This document shows positions 62,272 to 64,000 of a DNA stretch of 64,000 nt, piece by piece. The DNA is from Macrostomum lignano (Eukaryota). Made by a program: the position numbers and the translations under genes. The stretch is from contig NIVC01001551.1 in the NCBI GenBank assembly GCA_002269645.1, positions 62,001 to 126,000 of the forward strand. Direction: 5' to 3'. The notes under the pieces were generated by a model that saw only the letters and a program-made list of their open reading frames with translations, was not told the DNA's origin and ran no database searches. The stretch's first letter is position 1. Every line of letters starts with the position of its first letter.

Positions 62272-62967
62272 ACTGTCTGCATCTCACCCCTGTCTGCATC
62301 TCACCCCTGTCTGCATCTCACCCTGTCTGCATCTCTCCCCTGTCTGCATCTCACCCCTGTCTGCATCTCACCCCTGTCTGCATCTCACCCCTGTCTGCAT
62401 CTCACCCCTGTCTGCATCTCACCCCTGTCTGCATCTCACCCCTGTCTGCATCTCATCCCTGTCTGCATCTCATCCCTGTCTGCATCTCACCCCTGTCTGC
62501 ATCTCACCCCTGTCTGCATCTCACCCCTGTCTGCATCTCACCCCTGTCTGCATCTCACCCCTGTCTGCATCTCACCCCTGTCTGCATCTCACCCCTGTCT
62601 GCATCTCACCCCTGTCTGCATCTCACCCCTGTCTGCATCTCATCCCTGTCTGCATCTCACCCCTGTCTGCATCTCACCCCTGTCTGCATCTCACCCCTGT
62701 CTGCATCTCACCCCTGTCTGCATCTCACCCCTGTCTGCATCTCACCCCTGTCTGCATCTCACCCCTGTCTGCATCTCACCCCTGTCTGCATCTCACCCCT
62801 GTCTGCATCTCACCCCTGTCTGCATCTCACCCCTGTCTGCATCTCACCCCTGTCTGCATCTCACCCCTGTCTGCATCTCACCCCTGTCTGCATCTCACCC
62901 CTGTCTGCATCTCACCCCTGTCTGCATCTCACCCCTGTCTGCATCTCACCCCTGTCTGCATCTCACC
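62272..62967. repeat. 17-bp minisatellite (CTGCATCTCACCCCTGT)n
   Basis: About 40 copies. Confidence 0.98.
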
Positions 62968-63014
62968 GTGTCTCTCAAACTGAAACTCTAAACCAAACCA
63001 AACCGAAACCGAGA

Positions 63015-63470
63015 TCTCTCTGTCTTCCTATCTGCCTCCCTCTTTTTTGTCTCTCTGCGTCTCCCCCTGTATCTCCCTCCCTGTCTCCCTCTCTGCCTCC
63101 CTCTCTGCCTTCCTCTCTCTGTCTCCCTCTCTCTGTCTCCCTCTATCTGTCTTCCTCTCTGTCTCCCTCTTTGTCTCCCTCTCTGTCTCCCTCTTTGTTG
63201 TCTTCATCTCTGTCTCCCTCTCTGTCTCCCTCTCTTTGTCTCCCTCTCTTTGTCTCCCTCTGTCTTCCTCTCTGTCTCCCTCTCTGTCTCCCTCTTTGTC
63301 TCCCTCTCTGCCTCCCTCTCTGTCTCCCTCTTTGTCTCCCTCTCTGCCTCCCTCTCTGTCTCCCTCTTTGTTGTATTCATCTCTGTCTCCCTCTCTGTCT
63401 CCCTCACTGTCTCCCTATCTGTTGTCTCCCTCTGTATCTCCCTCTCTGTCTCCCTCTCTGTCTCCCTCTA
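63015..63470. repeat. 12-bp CT-rich repeat (CTCTGTCTCCCT)n
   Basis: Seen directly. Confidence 0.95.
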
Positions 63471-64000
63471 TACATAAGTTTTCCTCTCTACTTATGTCTC
63501 GAGTTGTTTGCTAAATTTATTTTTTTAGAAAAAAGCCGTTCAAATCAAAGCATTATTTCGTCAGGAATAGTTTGCTAGCCAGTTCATTCTTACTGGCTTA
63601 TAGAAGTATGGAAAACCTGACTGCTCGAATATTTCAGCCAGAGGAGATCCCAGCACTCACTGAATCTCGGTAACTCAGTTTTCTGTCAAAGCTTCTAGTG
63701 TTGATAAAGAGAGCTGCATTAAGAGTCTGTTGGTGCCGATGGGATAATGGGATGAGGAAACTGGGAGAATTGAAGGGAAAATATCGGGCCGAGAGCCTGA
63801 GGCTGTTTATCAGCCGGAACGGGGGGTGTGAATGAAATTATTCAACAGTTCTGACCATTGTGGCTGCGGGAGCGGCCGAGGGGCAGAAGACAATTTGCCG
63901 GTTGTAATGAGCTCAGTCCACTTGTCGCCGAGGGGTCGCCTGACCCCCATTAGCCCGGCCAATAAAACTTGGGAAATTCTCCCAGAAATTGAATTGTTCT

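Overview
Eukaryotic (metazoan) genomic DNA with GT-AG introns, GC-rich exons and a very high density of 12-64 bp minisatellites. The style resembles the flatworm Macrostomum, but that is inference only. Four genes were reconstructed by hand with splice phases checked. (1) A K+-dependent Na+/Ca2+ exchanger (SLC24/NCKX), minus strand, 10 exons from ATG 11679 to 297, running off the left edge, with a frameshift in exon 5. (2) A DDX3/PL10/Belle DEAD-box helicase, minus strand, 4 exons, 31308-18942, 715 aa, with an 18-codon first exon and a 9-kb intron 1. (3) RPL8/uL2, plus strand, 3 coding exons, 39000-41357, 259 aa. (4) A SoxB2 (Sox14/21-like) HMG factor, plus strand, 2 exons, 48970-52014, 449 aa, with a TATA/CCAAT promoter and gene-free flanks. 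Mobile DNA includes a decayed mariner, nested 8-bp-TSD MITEs, other TIR elements, a Lep1/HINE-like element and a tRNA-headed CORE-like SINE. Most long ORFs in the supplied track are repeat artefacts. The most notable unexplained structures are complementary (TTAG)n/(CTAA)n arrays bracketing SLC24 exons 2-6, short introns inflated by minisatellites, and CpG-depleted domains flanking a CpG-retaining island between DDX3 and RPL8. I found no clearly novel enzymatic system and no prokaryotic features.
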